A stretch of 63,975 nucleotides of DNA, the filler included, from Octopus bimaculoides (Eukaryota): the NCBI RefSeq assembly GCF_001194135.2. It is 8 parts of 6 records of this genome, joined end to end, with 100 filler letters (N's around TTAATTAATTAA, not from the genome) between each part and the next. Parts side by side here need not be neighbours in the genome. Positions count along the whole stretch, not along the records: positions 7,485 to 17,180 come from NC_068995.1; positions 17,281 to 23,013 come from NC_068981.1; positions 23,114 to 41,780 come from NC_069005.1; 5 more parts are not named here. The stretch is one strand, 5' to 3'. A program made the position numbers and the translations under genes. Below the pieces are notes generated by a model. The model was not told the DNA's origin. It did no database searches and was given only the letters and a program-made list of their open reading frames with translations. This document shows, one piece after another, positions 15,600-28,066 of this stretch. Each line of letters begins with the position of its first letter. Position 1 is the first letter of the stretch.

Positions 15600-16130
15600 G
15601 TTAGTGATAAAAGTATTATAAAACTTGATGAGGATCTGTGAGACCTATTCACGTGTGAAGGTAATAAATGGAGACATAAACACAGCGATAAGAATGTACT
15701 TAAGAAGAATCTTATGCAAGTTCAGCAACACCTGAAAAATAACGAGAAAATTGTAATTTGTAGAAGCTATAAGAGCAACGTATTTATTATGATGGGCAAA
15801 GACGAATATATTACAGTATACACTACAGGGCAACAGCAAAATTCGTCACATTTAGAAGAAGACAACACTCTGCGGGGAAAAAGGAAAAGAGATAAGATCA
15901 ACTCAACGAATTATTTACCACGGGTAACACTGAAAAAGGAACTGCCACTTCCCAATACAAAAAGAAAAGACATTTTTAGCCTAATTTTTAGCCTAATTCT
16001 CCCAAAGACAAAATTCTCCCAAATCACAAAGCCCAGTCATAGGATCCTGAAACAAACTGATGTAATTACAAAGTATACCAAAGTTATGACATGCGACCAT
16101 CAGTCGATTTCCTGGATTTCGTAGAAATCA
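15600..16130 (+). mobile_element. Penelope-like retroelement remnant (pre-RT region)
   Basis: HLKNNEKIVICRSYKSNVFIMMGKDEY resembles the L..N..I.I..ADKGN..V.MD...Y motif upstream of PLE reverse transcriptases. It is followed by a decayed LPK segment. Confidence 0.6.
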
Positions 16131-16721
16131 CAGGAAAACTAGAAATTTGGCAATAATTCCTTCGTGGATTAAACAAATGGCTCTAAAATGAGAAATTACA
16201 GGTCTTTGGGTATATTCTACAATAATACCACCGAATGTGTGAAGAAAGATATCTAAGATATTTTCCAGTTCGTCTGGAGAAAATCAGCTTTAAAATAAAT
16301 CAATCGTAAAATAAACCATAAAATCTACCACGAGTTACCCGCTGAGAGATTATAAATCCTTCGTTGATATTTCCTAAGTCTTGTACGCTTGGACCGTGTC
16401 AATTATAACGTTTCGAATATTATGTCTTCTTCAGAATATAAACAGAAAATAAGACTAAAATGAGAAGAAAAAAATTTTTTTAATTAAATATTTCCTAGGA
16501 ATAGGTTTGGTGACAATGTCAGTTAGTTGTGTCTATTCTATTTGGTTGTCATAGAAATAACCAAGACATTCTTCACTAACCTCAAGATTATCTCTTTCTG
16601 CTTTCCTGAGCAATAATTTTGTAATTTTGATGGTGAACAGATCTCATTTGGCTGTTATTTGCTCTTCAGCCTTCTCGTGCTCTGAATCTCTCAACACACA
16701 CGCATACGCATATACACATAA

Positions 16722-16756
<35 letters not shown>

Positions 16757-17900
16757 CGTGTGTGTGTGTCTGGGTTTCTTTATGGTGCTAATATATATGA
16801 GCGCACGTGTATGTGTCTAAGCGCATTCATTTCTAGGTATTTATAACGAGAATTCATCGAGGTGTGTAAAGAATGTGATAACCGCCAAATATGCATGAAA
16901 TAACTAAATTACAACATCGGAATGATATCAAGTGGATAGCGAGGAGGAACTTGGTAGATTTTATTACTTAGTAAATTGTATATAGTATAATAATGATTTG
17001 AATATATCTGTCCGTCGCTTTTTTATACATACTAGCTTACTTCTGTGCTAAGATATAAATTTCCTTTTTAAATTGTTGGGTTTACATACATGCGCACATA
17101 CAGTACACCCACACATATACCTGCATCTTGCTATATTTCTAGGTAGCTAACTATGTGTGTATATATATATATATATATATNNNNNNNNNNNNNNNNNNNN
17201 NNNNNNNNNNNNNNNNNNNNNNNNTTAATTAATTAANNNNNNNNNNNNNNNNNNNNNNNNNNNNNNNNNNNNNNNNNNNNTAAACATATATACGTATGTA
17301 TATATGGAAATACAGAAGGATATCCACAGACATATTTTATTTATTGTAACTACATATGTCCACATATGTATCTTTGTTTCTCCCTCTTTCTCTCTTTCTT
17401 TTTTCTTTTTTTCCCTTTCCGTATACATACATATGTACATACATACATACCTACCTACATACATACATACATACATACATACATACATACATACATACAT
17501 ACATACACACACATATAAACAGACACCAATAATCCATATATATTAATTTTATGTTTTACTAAATACAAAACTTATATCCACCTCGAGAATATATTAAAAT
17601 TGTAAAAATATAGACCTAAAAACGACCATCAATATCAATGTATGTAAATCATCCGGCTGATAAACACACTCACACTTTCGTAAGCATATTTGCATATTTT
17701 AATATAATATACTATTAAGCAAATCATTCTTTATAGAGAAAGATGTTTTTTCCCTCGCAGATACATACAAAACAGCTTGTAGATACAAAATAACAATGAA
17801 ATATGTATTCGCATAACAGGAGGCTAGCTCACTCACGCTGAATTACTCATCCACTACAAATTAATGCACAAATATATAGACATATGCATACATACATACA

Positions 17901-17934
<34 letters not shown>

Positions 17935-18504
17935 CATACATACATACATACATGCACTCACACATATATTTGTATTACAAACGTCATTATCTTTGTACTT
18001 CTATTTGTCGCACACATATTTACACTCTAACACATGTTGACACATACACACACTTACATATATACACAAACCTATATTGTGTTCTAAAGGAAAATGTTCT
18101 ATTAGAGCCAAAACTTACGTATATTGATATGTATAAATAACCAACTAATAGAAATTCAATGCATGCATATACGAATGTGTGTGTTTACATGTATATACAT
18201 AAAAAGGCATGCATGCGTAATTAACATATAAATATATNNNNNNNNNNNNNNNNNNNNNNNNNNNNNNNNNNNNNNNNNNNNNNNNNNNNNNNNNNNNNNN
18301 NNNNNNNNNNNNNNNNNNNNNNNNNNNNNNNNNNNNNNNNNNNNNNNNNNNNNNNNNNNNNNNNNNNNNNNNNNNNNNNNNNNNNNNNNNNNNNNNNNNN
18401 NNNNNNNNNNNNNNNNNNNNNNNNNNNNNNNNNNNNNNNNNNNNNNNNNNNNNNNNNNNNNNNNNNNNNNNNNNNNNNNNNNNNNNNNNNNNNNNNNNNN
18501 NNNN

Positions 18505-18566
<62 letters not shown>

Positions 18567-18688
18567 TGTATGTATGCATGTATGTATGTATGTATGTATG
18601 TATGTATGTATGTATGTATGTATGTATGGGAAAATTAAATAAGGATGAGAACACTCAGGATGTTGTTAAGCCATTTATATCTTGAATT

Positions 18689-18772
18689 CTTCTACATATG
18701 TTTCGACGGATGCACTCGAAAATGTCCGACAGGATAAATTATGGTCAGCAATTCATCAATCTCATCTGGAAG
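18689..18772 (-). ncRNA. Degenerate hammerhead-like motif (left arm of inverted repeat)
   Basis: CTTC-CAGATGA-G...C-GAAA-CATATG-TA-GAAG. Core U4 is replaced by A. Confidence 0.45.
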
Positions 18773-18961
18773 GATATAAATAACAAACTCATCAAACAGA
18801 CACGTTAACAGAAATAGAAAGTCCTATAAAATATAACGTATTTATATTCATATGCACACACGCGTACACACTAAAATATATGACGTATAAATTTAAACGT
18901 TATATACCTACAAAAAAAGAATCACAAACGTATACTGTTTGATGAGTTTGTTATTTATGCC

Positions 18962-19045
18962 TTTCCTGATGAGATTGATACATTGCTGACCATAATTTAT
19001 CCTGTCGGACATTTTGGAGGGCATCCCTCAAAACACATGTAGAAG
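18962..19045 (+). ncRNA. Degenerate hammerhead-like motif (right arm of inverted repeat)
   Basis: TTTC-CTGATGA-G...C-AAAA-CACATG-TA-GAAG. CUGAUGA is intact but GAAA is changed to AAAA. Confidence 0.4.
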
Positions 19046-19871
19046 ACTTCAAGATATAAATGGTTTGACAACATCATGAAGGCAATTTTTCTTACTTCAG
19101 ATTTCGTGGAGGCAGAGGTAGCGTTTCTAAGAAATGATTCCATTTATCTAAAAAGAAAAAAAAAGGTATCTTTATTACTAATTTAAAACGAGTCTTGAAC
19201 TATAACTTTTATAAGTACTGTCAATATCTAGTGCTACCCTTCTACATATGTCTATAACAATATGCACACAAGCTTAAATAAAATCATATAGGGATTGGAA
19301 CATCTGTCTTTGTTACTTAATGCCATAAGGAAGTCAGGTTTCTCAAAAACCTCAAAATCAGGAATTATCAAAGGCTGGAACCAAGTAACTCTCACTTTGC
19401 AAGTACAATCTATAAATGAAACAGTAACGATATTTCTGATGTCTCTAAAATCCAGTTTATACGCCTTCACTATTTCTTTAAATACCAGCAACGGCGGAGC
19501 GGTTCGCAGTTAGAAATTATAATTTCCTTTACAGGAAGAATCCAAATAATCAATAATAAAACCTTACACACGCGTGCGCGCAAACACACATATACATACA
19601 CGCACATACACACACATATATGTATATACACACACAGAAATACGCATACGCACACACACATATATATATATATATATACATATATAGATGCGCGCACAAA
19701 CACAGGCATGTACCCGCACGCATATACACACAAACATATACACACACACAGAAACATATATACATTGTTAATTTAAATCCATATTTTGATTTATTTGTTC
19801 CACTTGAGAACTCTAGGATCAATGTAATGAAATATAAGATGTGCATGTGTGTGTGTGTGTGTGTGTCTGTC

Positions 19872-19907
<36 letters not shown>

Positions 19908-21113
19908 CGTGCGTGTGTGTGTGTGTCTGTGGAGAGCGAGAGTGAGTGAGAGAGACAGAGCCAGGCACACAGACAAAGAATTAGTATCAGAGATAGATAA
20001 TCCGGGTATCATACTTAATGCAAATACATCAAGGAATGCCAAAGTAACTTCGGTATTCGTCCTTGTAGACGTAGTGTTAAAGAACACAAAAATATGCCAC
20101 TCACAGACGAAAATCACCCAGCAACGGTGGCGGTGTCGCCTCTTTGAGCTTCGTCAGTAATATTTACCCACTGGCAACCATATGCTAACACACAATCTGT
20201 CGTCACAGATATAGAAAGAGCAGTGGTTGAAAATTCACTGGTGCTGCAATTAGCTGCCTCTGAATAAAAGTGTGTTGTGTGTAACAAAAGCAGTATTCAT
20301 TTAAAATAACAATCTATGTATCAAGCTTACTGTAGATGCATGTACTTGCTACTGATGAAGCCCAAAGATGCACAAATGCTCATTTACAACACCACCACGG
20401 CTGCTGGACAATATTCTGATTTGACATCGTACGTCTATAACAGATATTATCGAGGGACAAATCCCACAGTTAGTTTGGTTTACTGTGATATGTTTTTAAT
20501 GTTAATTTCTTAAGATGTGTAAGCTTGTACTTTATGACGTACTTGCTTCACTTTGGGTATGCAGCCTATTAGATGTTGACCCTCAGTACATCATTAGTCC
20601 TCAACATACAAGTCTAGTCGGAACGTGGACAAACATATATGACTACCTTCGTGATATACAAATTTGAAGTTTAATTTTGTATGTTTGCTTTTGATGATCT
20701 ATCATCTCCCACTGAATGTGGTGTCCGGCTGGTCTTCTAGCAACCACAGATACTTGGTCAAACTTTGCTGTTTATGTTTTGTTGGAATATGTGTTTCGAC
20801 AAACTGTCGAACTAAGGTGCTATGTTGATTAAACTGATGGAGGCTTTCAATGAAAACAATAACTGAATGCAGTGCTGAACTTTTGAGTGTATGGAGTCAA
20901 AGTTTGAATTTTTATGTTATAAGTTAAAGGAAAGGTATTATTGTTGCATAATATTTGGCTTTGTTGTTTATGGGACGTGGTTACGTGCGCAGCTGAAACA
21001 AACTCACAAACTCTCCCGTTGTTGGTCAGAGCTAGCCTGAGACTAAACGTCAGGAGTTGCAAACGTTCATACGAGGATACTGAACAGTAACATAGACAAA
21101 TGTCGTTTTCTAG

Positions 21114-21159
21114 ACCTGTAATAACCAGTGCCTTTCAGTGAGCTTAGTAGTGGGAAAAT
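21114..21159 (+). CDS. Candidate upstream exon of the hemopexin gene
   Basis: Acceptor gtcgttttctag, donor T|gtaagt, phase 0 to 1. Encodes TCNNQCLSVSLVVGK. It fits the phase-1 acceptor at 25314 and would supply an N-terminal Cys, but it is short and has no clear FDA-type motif. Confidence 0.3.
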
Positions 21160-21480
21160 GTAAGTCTGTCGTAGCATATATATATATATCAAAGATTTGT
21201 AGGTACGTGGTATTTCGTTATGCAACCACAATATACTATAAAGTATATTGAATGTGTTTTTCATGAGTCAATACCACGTTCTACTGTGTTAGCAGTGTTT
21301 TTTTTTTACATTATTTTGTTTAGGTTATTTCTACAGATATTCTTTAGAACTTATAGCCAGCACTGATTTTTGCTACAACAGTTCGTATCGAGACGTCAGA
21401 TGTAAACATACAATGAGATCGAAGACAAAAATGGGTGAATGATGAGTGTACTTAGAGAGAAAAACAGAGGGAGAGAGAGG

Positions 21481-21533
<53 letters not shown>

Positions 21534-21582
21534 TGAGAGAAGGGGCAGTTATGCAGATAAATAAATTGAAAATAATAAATAT

Positions 21583-21929
21583 AACAGAAGCAGCTTCACA
21601 TGTGCTTCGGAGAAACTGATATACGCACTAACCTGCTTTGGGTGTCAAGAGCAATGCATAAGCCAAATAAAAACAGTCTACATCAAAGAATGACACTACA
21701 CAGATCTCAGCTAAAAATTCAGAAAACAGAAAAATAGTATTCAGCCAACACATCGACATTTGCGCCAATAACAAAAATCCAAGCTTCAGAATTTTTCTCC
21801 TCTACCAATTCAGGGACGATACAACCTGTAGCCAACGAATTAGTAAAGAGTCGTTCTTTATCACAAAATACAGGCCCCTTTTGAATGCATCTACAATAAA
21901 TGATATATCCACCACGACCTTAGAATAAC
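21583..21929 (+). mobile_element. Penelope-like GIY-YIG endonuclease remnant
   Basis: FTCASEKLIYALTCFGCQEQCISQ (LIY...C..C...YIGQ), SLHQRMTLHRSQ, then FSQHIDIC...RISKESFFITKYRPLLN. Frameshifted and decayed. Confidence 0.75.
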
Positions 21930-22646
21930 ACACACGCAAATATTAAAAACGACACACTCAAAAGAGTTACCCAAGAATTCATTAAAAACAGTCACAATAA
22001 CTACTATAGTCCACAATGAGCCACTTTTAGGTCACTTGACCATTTAACATCCTACATTTCGAACAACTCCGACGTGTTTTCTCTTCAAATACTGATCAAC
22101 ACCAACAACAACAACTACGACCACGGCAACAACAACAACAACCACGACAACAACAGCAACCACCTCGGCACCAACAACAGCCACCACAGCAACAACAACA
22201 ACCATCACTGCAACAACAACGATCACCTCAGCAAAAAGAATCACCACAGCAACAGCAACAACAACAACAACCACAGCAAGAACAACTGACTCAGTCTCTA
22301 CCTTTTAACACTCCTTAATTGAACCACAATTGATGACCTACTTAATGAAACGGTCAACTTCTCAGATTCGAGCCCATTCAACCAGAGTCTGATACCTATC
22401 CATCAAATCTTCAACAGCAGCGACAATTGTAGTAACAAGAATCACAACAACAACATCAACCTCGTGATGCAAACTGCCAGCAATGTCCTCTATTTCAGAA
22501 TTTTACTCCCTGTCGGATGTTTACTAATCAGATGTGTTAATCTTCCATGAGTTACTAGGCATATTGATTCCAGAGATTATATATATATATATATATATAT
22601 AAAAATTTAAGGAATGGAGAAAACGCATGTTATAATTGCATACTTT

Positions 22647-22732
22647 ATTCCTACATATGTTTCAAAGGATTATAACCTGTGTGATCCATAGGGATCTGTG
22701 ATATTAAAATTGTAACCTTCTCTTCAGGGAAT
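22647..22732 (-). ncRNA. Hammerhead-ribozyme-like motif, type I, Penelope minimal type
   Basis: Minus strand reads ATTCC-CTGAAGA-GAAGG...CCTTT-GAAA-CATATG-TA-GGAAT. Perfect 5-bp stem I, intact CUGANGA and GAAA, palindromic stem III, GUA cleavage triplet. Confidence 0.7.
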
Positions 22733-22960
22733 GCATGGGAATCATCTTAAACGTAAGACATTATGACCGAGTATGAAAACAATAGATGGATAAGGTTATG
22801 ACGTGATTCACTTGAAAAAAAACGTTAGAAAATTGGACGCTACCGGATAGTGGGTTGGACAACACATACATATAAATGTGTGAAAACATACATGCATACA
22901 TAAATACATATACACATACACACATATACATACATATATATGCACATATATATACATATA

Positions 22961-23013
<53 letters not shown>

Positions 23014-23113
23014 NNNNNNNNNNNNNNNNNNNNNNNNNNNNNNNNNNNNNNNNNNNNTTAATTAATTAANNNNNNNNNNNNNNNNNNNNNNNNNNNNNNN
23101 NNNNNNNNNNNNN

Positions 23114-23164
<51 letters not shown>

Positions 23165-23889
23165 GTGTGTGTGTGTGTATGTATGTATGAATGTATGTAT
23201 GTATGTATGTGTATGTATGTATGTATGTATGTATGTTTGTATATGTATATATATATATGTGTGTGTGTATATATGCATATGTGTATGTCTGTATGTTCAT
23301 ACACACATACGTGTGTGTGTGTGCGTGTGTGTGTGTATGTGTGTGTCTGCGTCTGTGTCTTTTGTATTTGTCCTAAAAAACCGCTTGATAATCCCGATGA
23401 AGGCTGGTCCCCGTTATAGAGCAGTTCGGTAAAAGAAACAGATAGAATAAGTACATGACTTTTAGAAATAAGATCATTAGGGTTGATTTGTTCGATTAAA
23501 AACTCTCCGAGATTCCAGAGGGTAGGACTGAACCCGAATCCACCCGCTTGCAAAGCGAGCTTTCTAACCACACAGCCATGCTTGCTAATGTCTTTAACTG
23601 TATTCTTGGTCGAAGCGTGGATCGTATGTACAGCTGCAAATGTATGGAGGTTGGGGGTTGGTAGATAGTATAAATGTCTTTGGAGACGGAGACATGGAAT
23701 CAAAAGCTATTCAAAGCATGCGGCCTTGAACCTTCCAATAGCATCAACAATAAAATTCAGTCTACAATTTGTACTGCGATCTCTCATTCCTATGCGTGGT
23801 AGAGGTAGTAGTACTATAAAGCCTCGTGCCTTGATTTACCCAGGGGCCTTCGATGCAGCTAAGACGATTTTGAAATACACACGCAGACA

Positions 23890-24093
23890 AAAAGTCCTGG
23901 CTTTAAGGATATTGCGAAAGGCCTGGTTTGAAGCCCAACCTTCCGAATTCTTTTACAGGGCTTAGAAAAACTGAAGGACCGCTGCAATAGGTGTGAGAAT
24001 GTGAGAGGGGTACATATTGATTAAAATAATAATTAACTGATCCTCCTATATTTTCTTTTACCCAAAACCAGGAACTTTTCAGCACCCTCTCGT
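23890..24093 (+). mobile_element. mariner-like 3' end fragment
   Basis: Decayed transposase C-terminus (WFEAQPSEFFYR.LEKLKDRCNRC..VRG.Y) followed by a TIR-like end aacttttcagcaccctctcgt. Homologous to 43921-44115. Confidence 0.7.
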
Positions 24094-24967
24094 TTGTGTG
24101 TGTGTGTGTGTGTGTGTCTCTGTGTGTNNNNNNNNNNNNNNNNNNNNNNNNNNNNNNNNNNNNNNNNNNNNNNNNNNNNNNNNNNNNNNNNNNNNNNNNN
24201 NNNNNNNNNNNNNNNNNNNNNNNNNNNNNNNNNNNNNNNNNNNNNNNNNNNNNNNNNNNNNNNNNNNNNNNNNNNNNNNNNNNNNNNNNNNNNNNNNNNN
24301 NNNNNNNNNNNNNNNNNNNNNNNNNNNNNNNNNNNNNNNNNNNNNNNNNNNNNNNNNNNNNNNNNNNNNNNNNNNNNNNNNNNNNNNNNNNNNNNNNNNN
24401 NNNNNNNNNNNNNNNNNNNNNNNNNNNNNNNNNNNNNNNNNNNNNNNNNNNNNNNNNNNNNNNNNNNNNNNNNNNNNNNNNNNNNNNNNNNNNNNNNNNN
24501 NNNNNNNNNNNNNNNNNNNNNNNNNNNNNNNNNNNNNNNNNNNNNNNNNNNNNNNNNNNNNNNNNNNNNNNNNNNNNNNNNNNNNNNNNNNNNNNNNNNN
24601 NNNNNNNNNNNNNNNNNNNNNNNNNNNNNNNNNNNNNNNNNNNNNNNNNNNNNNNNNNNNNNNNNNNNNNNNNNNNNNNNNNNNNNNNNNNNNNNNNNNN
24701 NNNNNNNNNNNNNNNNNNNNNNNNNNNNNNNNNNNNNNNNNNNNNNNNNNNNNNNNNNNNNNNNNNNNNNNNNNNNNNNNNNNNNNNNNNNNNNNNNNNN
24801 NNNNNNNNNNNNNNNNNNNNNNNNNNNNNNNNNNNNNNNNNNNNNNNNNNNNNNNNNNNNNNNNNNNNNNNNNNNNNNNNNNNNNNNNNNNNNNNNNNNN
24901 NNNNNNNNNNNNNNNNNNNNNNNNNNNNNNNNNNNNNNNNNNNNNNNNNNNNNNNNNNNNNNNNNNN

Positions 24968-25015
<48 letters not shown>

Positions 25016-25313
25016 TATTAAATCATAGAATGCATATACAAACACTCATACATACATGCATACATACACACATGAATACATACATACATACAAATACATA
25101 CGTATTTGTATGTCACTTCAGTCGTGCCTCGACTCATAAGCACACATAGACTCATAGACATACACGTTCACACACACACTACACACACACACTACACATA
25201 CACATACATACACACACACACGCACATACACACACACACATACATATGAGCGTGTATTTGTATTTACTTTTATTATATTTTGTATAATTTGTTTTTGCTG
25301 TTTTCTGTTTTAG

Positions 25314-25472
25314 TTTTGGGACGAATTGACTACGTGTTCGTTGACCAGCAATATGTTATCAGTAGTAAAACTGCGGAGATGCAACGAATTCGATCTGTGT
25401 TTAACCAAGGGCCATCACGCGTTGAAGCTGCAGTTTACTCTAAAGAAACGAATAAAGTCTATTTAGCTTACG
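25314..25472 (+). CDS. Hemopexin-repeat protein (MMP-like), internal exon A
   Basis: Acceptor ttttctgttttag, donor G|gtatgt, phase 1 to 1. Encodes xLGRIDYVFVDQQYVISSKTAEMQRIRSVFNQGPSRVEAAVYSKETNKVYLAY(G). P-x-x-V-E-A-A-V...K-V-Y-L matches the hemopexin blade motif P..(I/V)DAA....K.YFFKG. Confidence 0.85.
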
Positions 25473-25751
25473 GTATGTATGTCTTTTATCTTTTACTTGT
25501 TTCAGTCACTGGACAGCGTCCGTGCTGGAGCAACGCCTTCAAAAGTTTTACTCGAATGACTTGACTCACAGTACTTATAGCCTGCAACTTATATTAGCGT
25601 CTGCGTTTACCGAACCGCCAAGTTTTGGGGATGTGAACAAACCATCACCGGTTATCAAGCGGTGAGGAGGACATACACATACATAAAAAGACACACATAC
25701 ACACATACATACATAATATATACACACTTACTCATCTGTGTGTGTGTATGT

Positions 25752-25826
<75 letters not shown>

Positions 25827-25871
25827 TGTACGTGAAGGCGCGTGGTTTAGCGGTTAGGGTATTCGGCTCAC

Positions 25872-25914
<43 letters not shown>

Positions 25915-25917
<3 letters not shown>

Positions 25918-26706
25918 GGTGCGATAAGTAAATTGTCGCCATTTTATATTTTTAATTTCGCGTATGTGCATTGTTTGTTTTTGATTTTGTCGACTACACA
26001 GAATAGTAGGATCGGTTGAGCGCCGTCTGTAGAAAAACCAACATCATGACACAATTCACTCTGCTAGAAATTTGGAAACGACATGCTGTACTACTTGGCA
26101 TTCGCGTCGGAAGCTCCAATACGAACACTTCAGAATACTTGGGTGTCAATCCGAGGAGAGGACAATTTGAGAACATGTACCGAGTGTGATAAAAATCAAA
26201 CATCCAGTTAACATCATGGTGTTTGGAGTGGTCACTAGTGATGGTGACGTTAAGTCTCCATTCATCTTCCCACACGGCTTCAGACTCAACACGGAGGCCT
26301 ACGTCAAGTGCCTGGAGGAGGTAATGCTGCCTTGGTTCAAGAAGGTGGCTGCTGGAAGACCCTATGTCTGGCAACAGGACACTGCACCATGCCACATAAG
26401 CATGATAACCCAGTCATGGATTTCAGACAATTTCTGCGACCACATCACCCCTAACATCTGGCTGCCTAACTCCTCAAACTGCAACTCCCTTGATTATTAT
26501 TTGTGCGGCGCAGTTGAGCGAGAGACCAACAAAACTCCTTGTAACACCAAAGATGAACTGAAGGCAATGATTATGGCAGCATTCACCAATTTAAACAAGG
26601 AGACAGTCCAGAAGAGTTGCAGGAGATTCCGAAGTCGTCCGGAGGCCGTAGTTGAAGCCAATGATGATTTTATGGAATAAATTTACTCTGTTGCATTTTT
26701 AATACC
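25915..26706 (+). mobile_element. maT-family (DD37D) Tc1/mariner transposon, internally deleted, in a hemopexin intron
   Basis: ORF 26186-26680 contains VMVFG-like IMVFGVV, WQQDTAPCH and NSLDYY. Hand count gives 37 residues between D2 and D3. The left end matches the fragment at 3064. Confidence 0.8.
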
Positions 26707-27019
26707 ANNNNNNNNNNATATATATATATATATATATATATAATGATACATACGGAAGACAGAGTGTAACTAGAACCTTTATTTAGCACAACAATCATTT
26801 CGGCTACCTTTCTGCACTGCTCCCTAGTGGGTGGAGAGCGATGTAATGACATTAGATGCATCAGACAGAGCAAAGAGCCTCATCAGGTGAGGTAACATAC
26901 TTCAAAATTGATAAGATTTATATTTCGCTCCAATTTCGATGCTGGCGGTGTTATGGTGTTGTTAGTAGTTGACACACATCGCAAGAATTATTATTAATTT
27001 TTCTTTTTTTTTTTTTCAG

Positions 27020-27186
27020 GTCTTAAAATTTGGGCCTTTAAAGTCACAGAAAGTGGCACACGTTTTACACTCGATTACGGCTACCCGAAAAGAATGGGAA
27101 ACCTGAGAGTTGCACATATGGATGCTCTGATCGGGTTCGACATGTCATATCTGCATTACAAATCAGTCAGGCTTTTTATATTAAAG
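27020..27186 (+). CDS. Hemopexin-repeat protein, internal exon B
   Basis: Poly-T acceptor ttttttcag, donor AAG|gtaagt, phase 1 to 0, in frame with exon A. Encodes GLKIWAFKVTESGTRFTLDYGYPKRMGNLRVAHMDALIGFDMSYLHYKSVRLFILK, with the hemopexin GYPK and (M/I)DA motifs. Confidence 0.9.
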
Positions 27187-27754
27187 GTAAGTCATTGTTA
27201 AATATAATTTAGTTGTTCTCGCAGGTTTACCTGTTCAAAGCATTTTTCATAAGTTTGTCCTAAACGTCCATGCTCGTATTCAAAATTTTAGGTATCCCTT
27301 GCTTCACAAGTTCTAATCAATATATAGCTTTCCCTTCATAAGAACCGTGTTACTCCGGTGGTTGAAGACATGCGGAACGTGAATCATGTATGATGCAGAG
27401 ATGCCATGAAAATATGCCTTGTGTGTCGCATGTGATACACAGGACAGGTAATGGGTTAACCCTTCTCGTCTTTAACATCAACTTACTTGCTGCTACTGCT
27501 GATGCTGATGTTGTTGTTGTTGTTGTTTGGTGCCAAACAAATTCTGAATGAGCGGATATATCATCAATGGCGTTCTGTTTATTTGTGTATCTAGAACTGC
27601 ACTGTCCAGTGTGGAGGTACGATGGTGTGATTTAAGGAGTGTTTGGTTACTATGTTCAGTAGGTTCAGTAGGCTGTTGCCCCTCATGCTGCTGCTGCACA
27701 CAAAGGCATCTCATAACGCATTGACTGATAAGCATATCAAGATAAACAGCGCAT

Positions 27755-27997
27755 GACCTTGCCGGTGGGGCCCAGTTAGAGTTTTCTTCAAGTTGCTCAT
27801 AAGGTCCCCGTATAAGGGTTATTTAAGGATGTTGAACGAAAAACCCATGTTTCCAGAGTTAAATTATTCAAACTCCAAAGAATTTCTCTCAACACTTGGC
27901 TACTTCTGCTCATGATCAAAGATGCACATATCGTCAGCTACCAAGGGACATGCTTAAGTCGTTAAGGTCATACAACTGACAAGCAAATTTGTGGTAT

Positions 27998-27998
<1 letters not shown>
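27755..27998. repeat. Interspersed repeat family D (copy 1)
   Basis: Aligns by eye with 31545-31860 (ggtggggccc...gatcagagatgcacatatcgtcagc...caactgacaagcaaat.tgt.gtatt). Class unknown. Confidence 0.75.

Positions 27999-28065
<67 letters not shown>

Positions 28066-28066
<1 letters not shown>

Larger units (their letters stand above)
18658..19075. repeat. Inverted repeat, arms of about 148 bp (probable Penelope pLTR fragments)
   Basis: 18658-18805 is an imperfect reverse complement of 18927-19075, with a spacer of about 120 bp. Each arm carries a hammerhead-like motif. Confidence 0.8.

Noticed and set aside
16395-16445. CTGAAGA...GAAACGTT motif on the - strand beside the Penelope RT remnant
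   Set aside because: Stems I and II pair poorly and the site is GUU; at best a heavily decayed hammerhead.
22044-22289. Poly-Asn (+) and poly-Val (-) ORFs
   Set aside because: Alternative frames of the degenerate (CAA)n tract; only the Gln frame shows further structure, and it is reported separately.
23726-23965. ORF containing IYPGAFDAA, resembling a hemopexin blade start
   Set aside because: No usable phase-1 donor after the motif, and the frame runs into a mariner 3' fragment.
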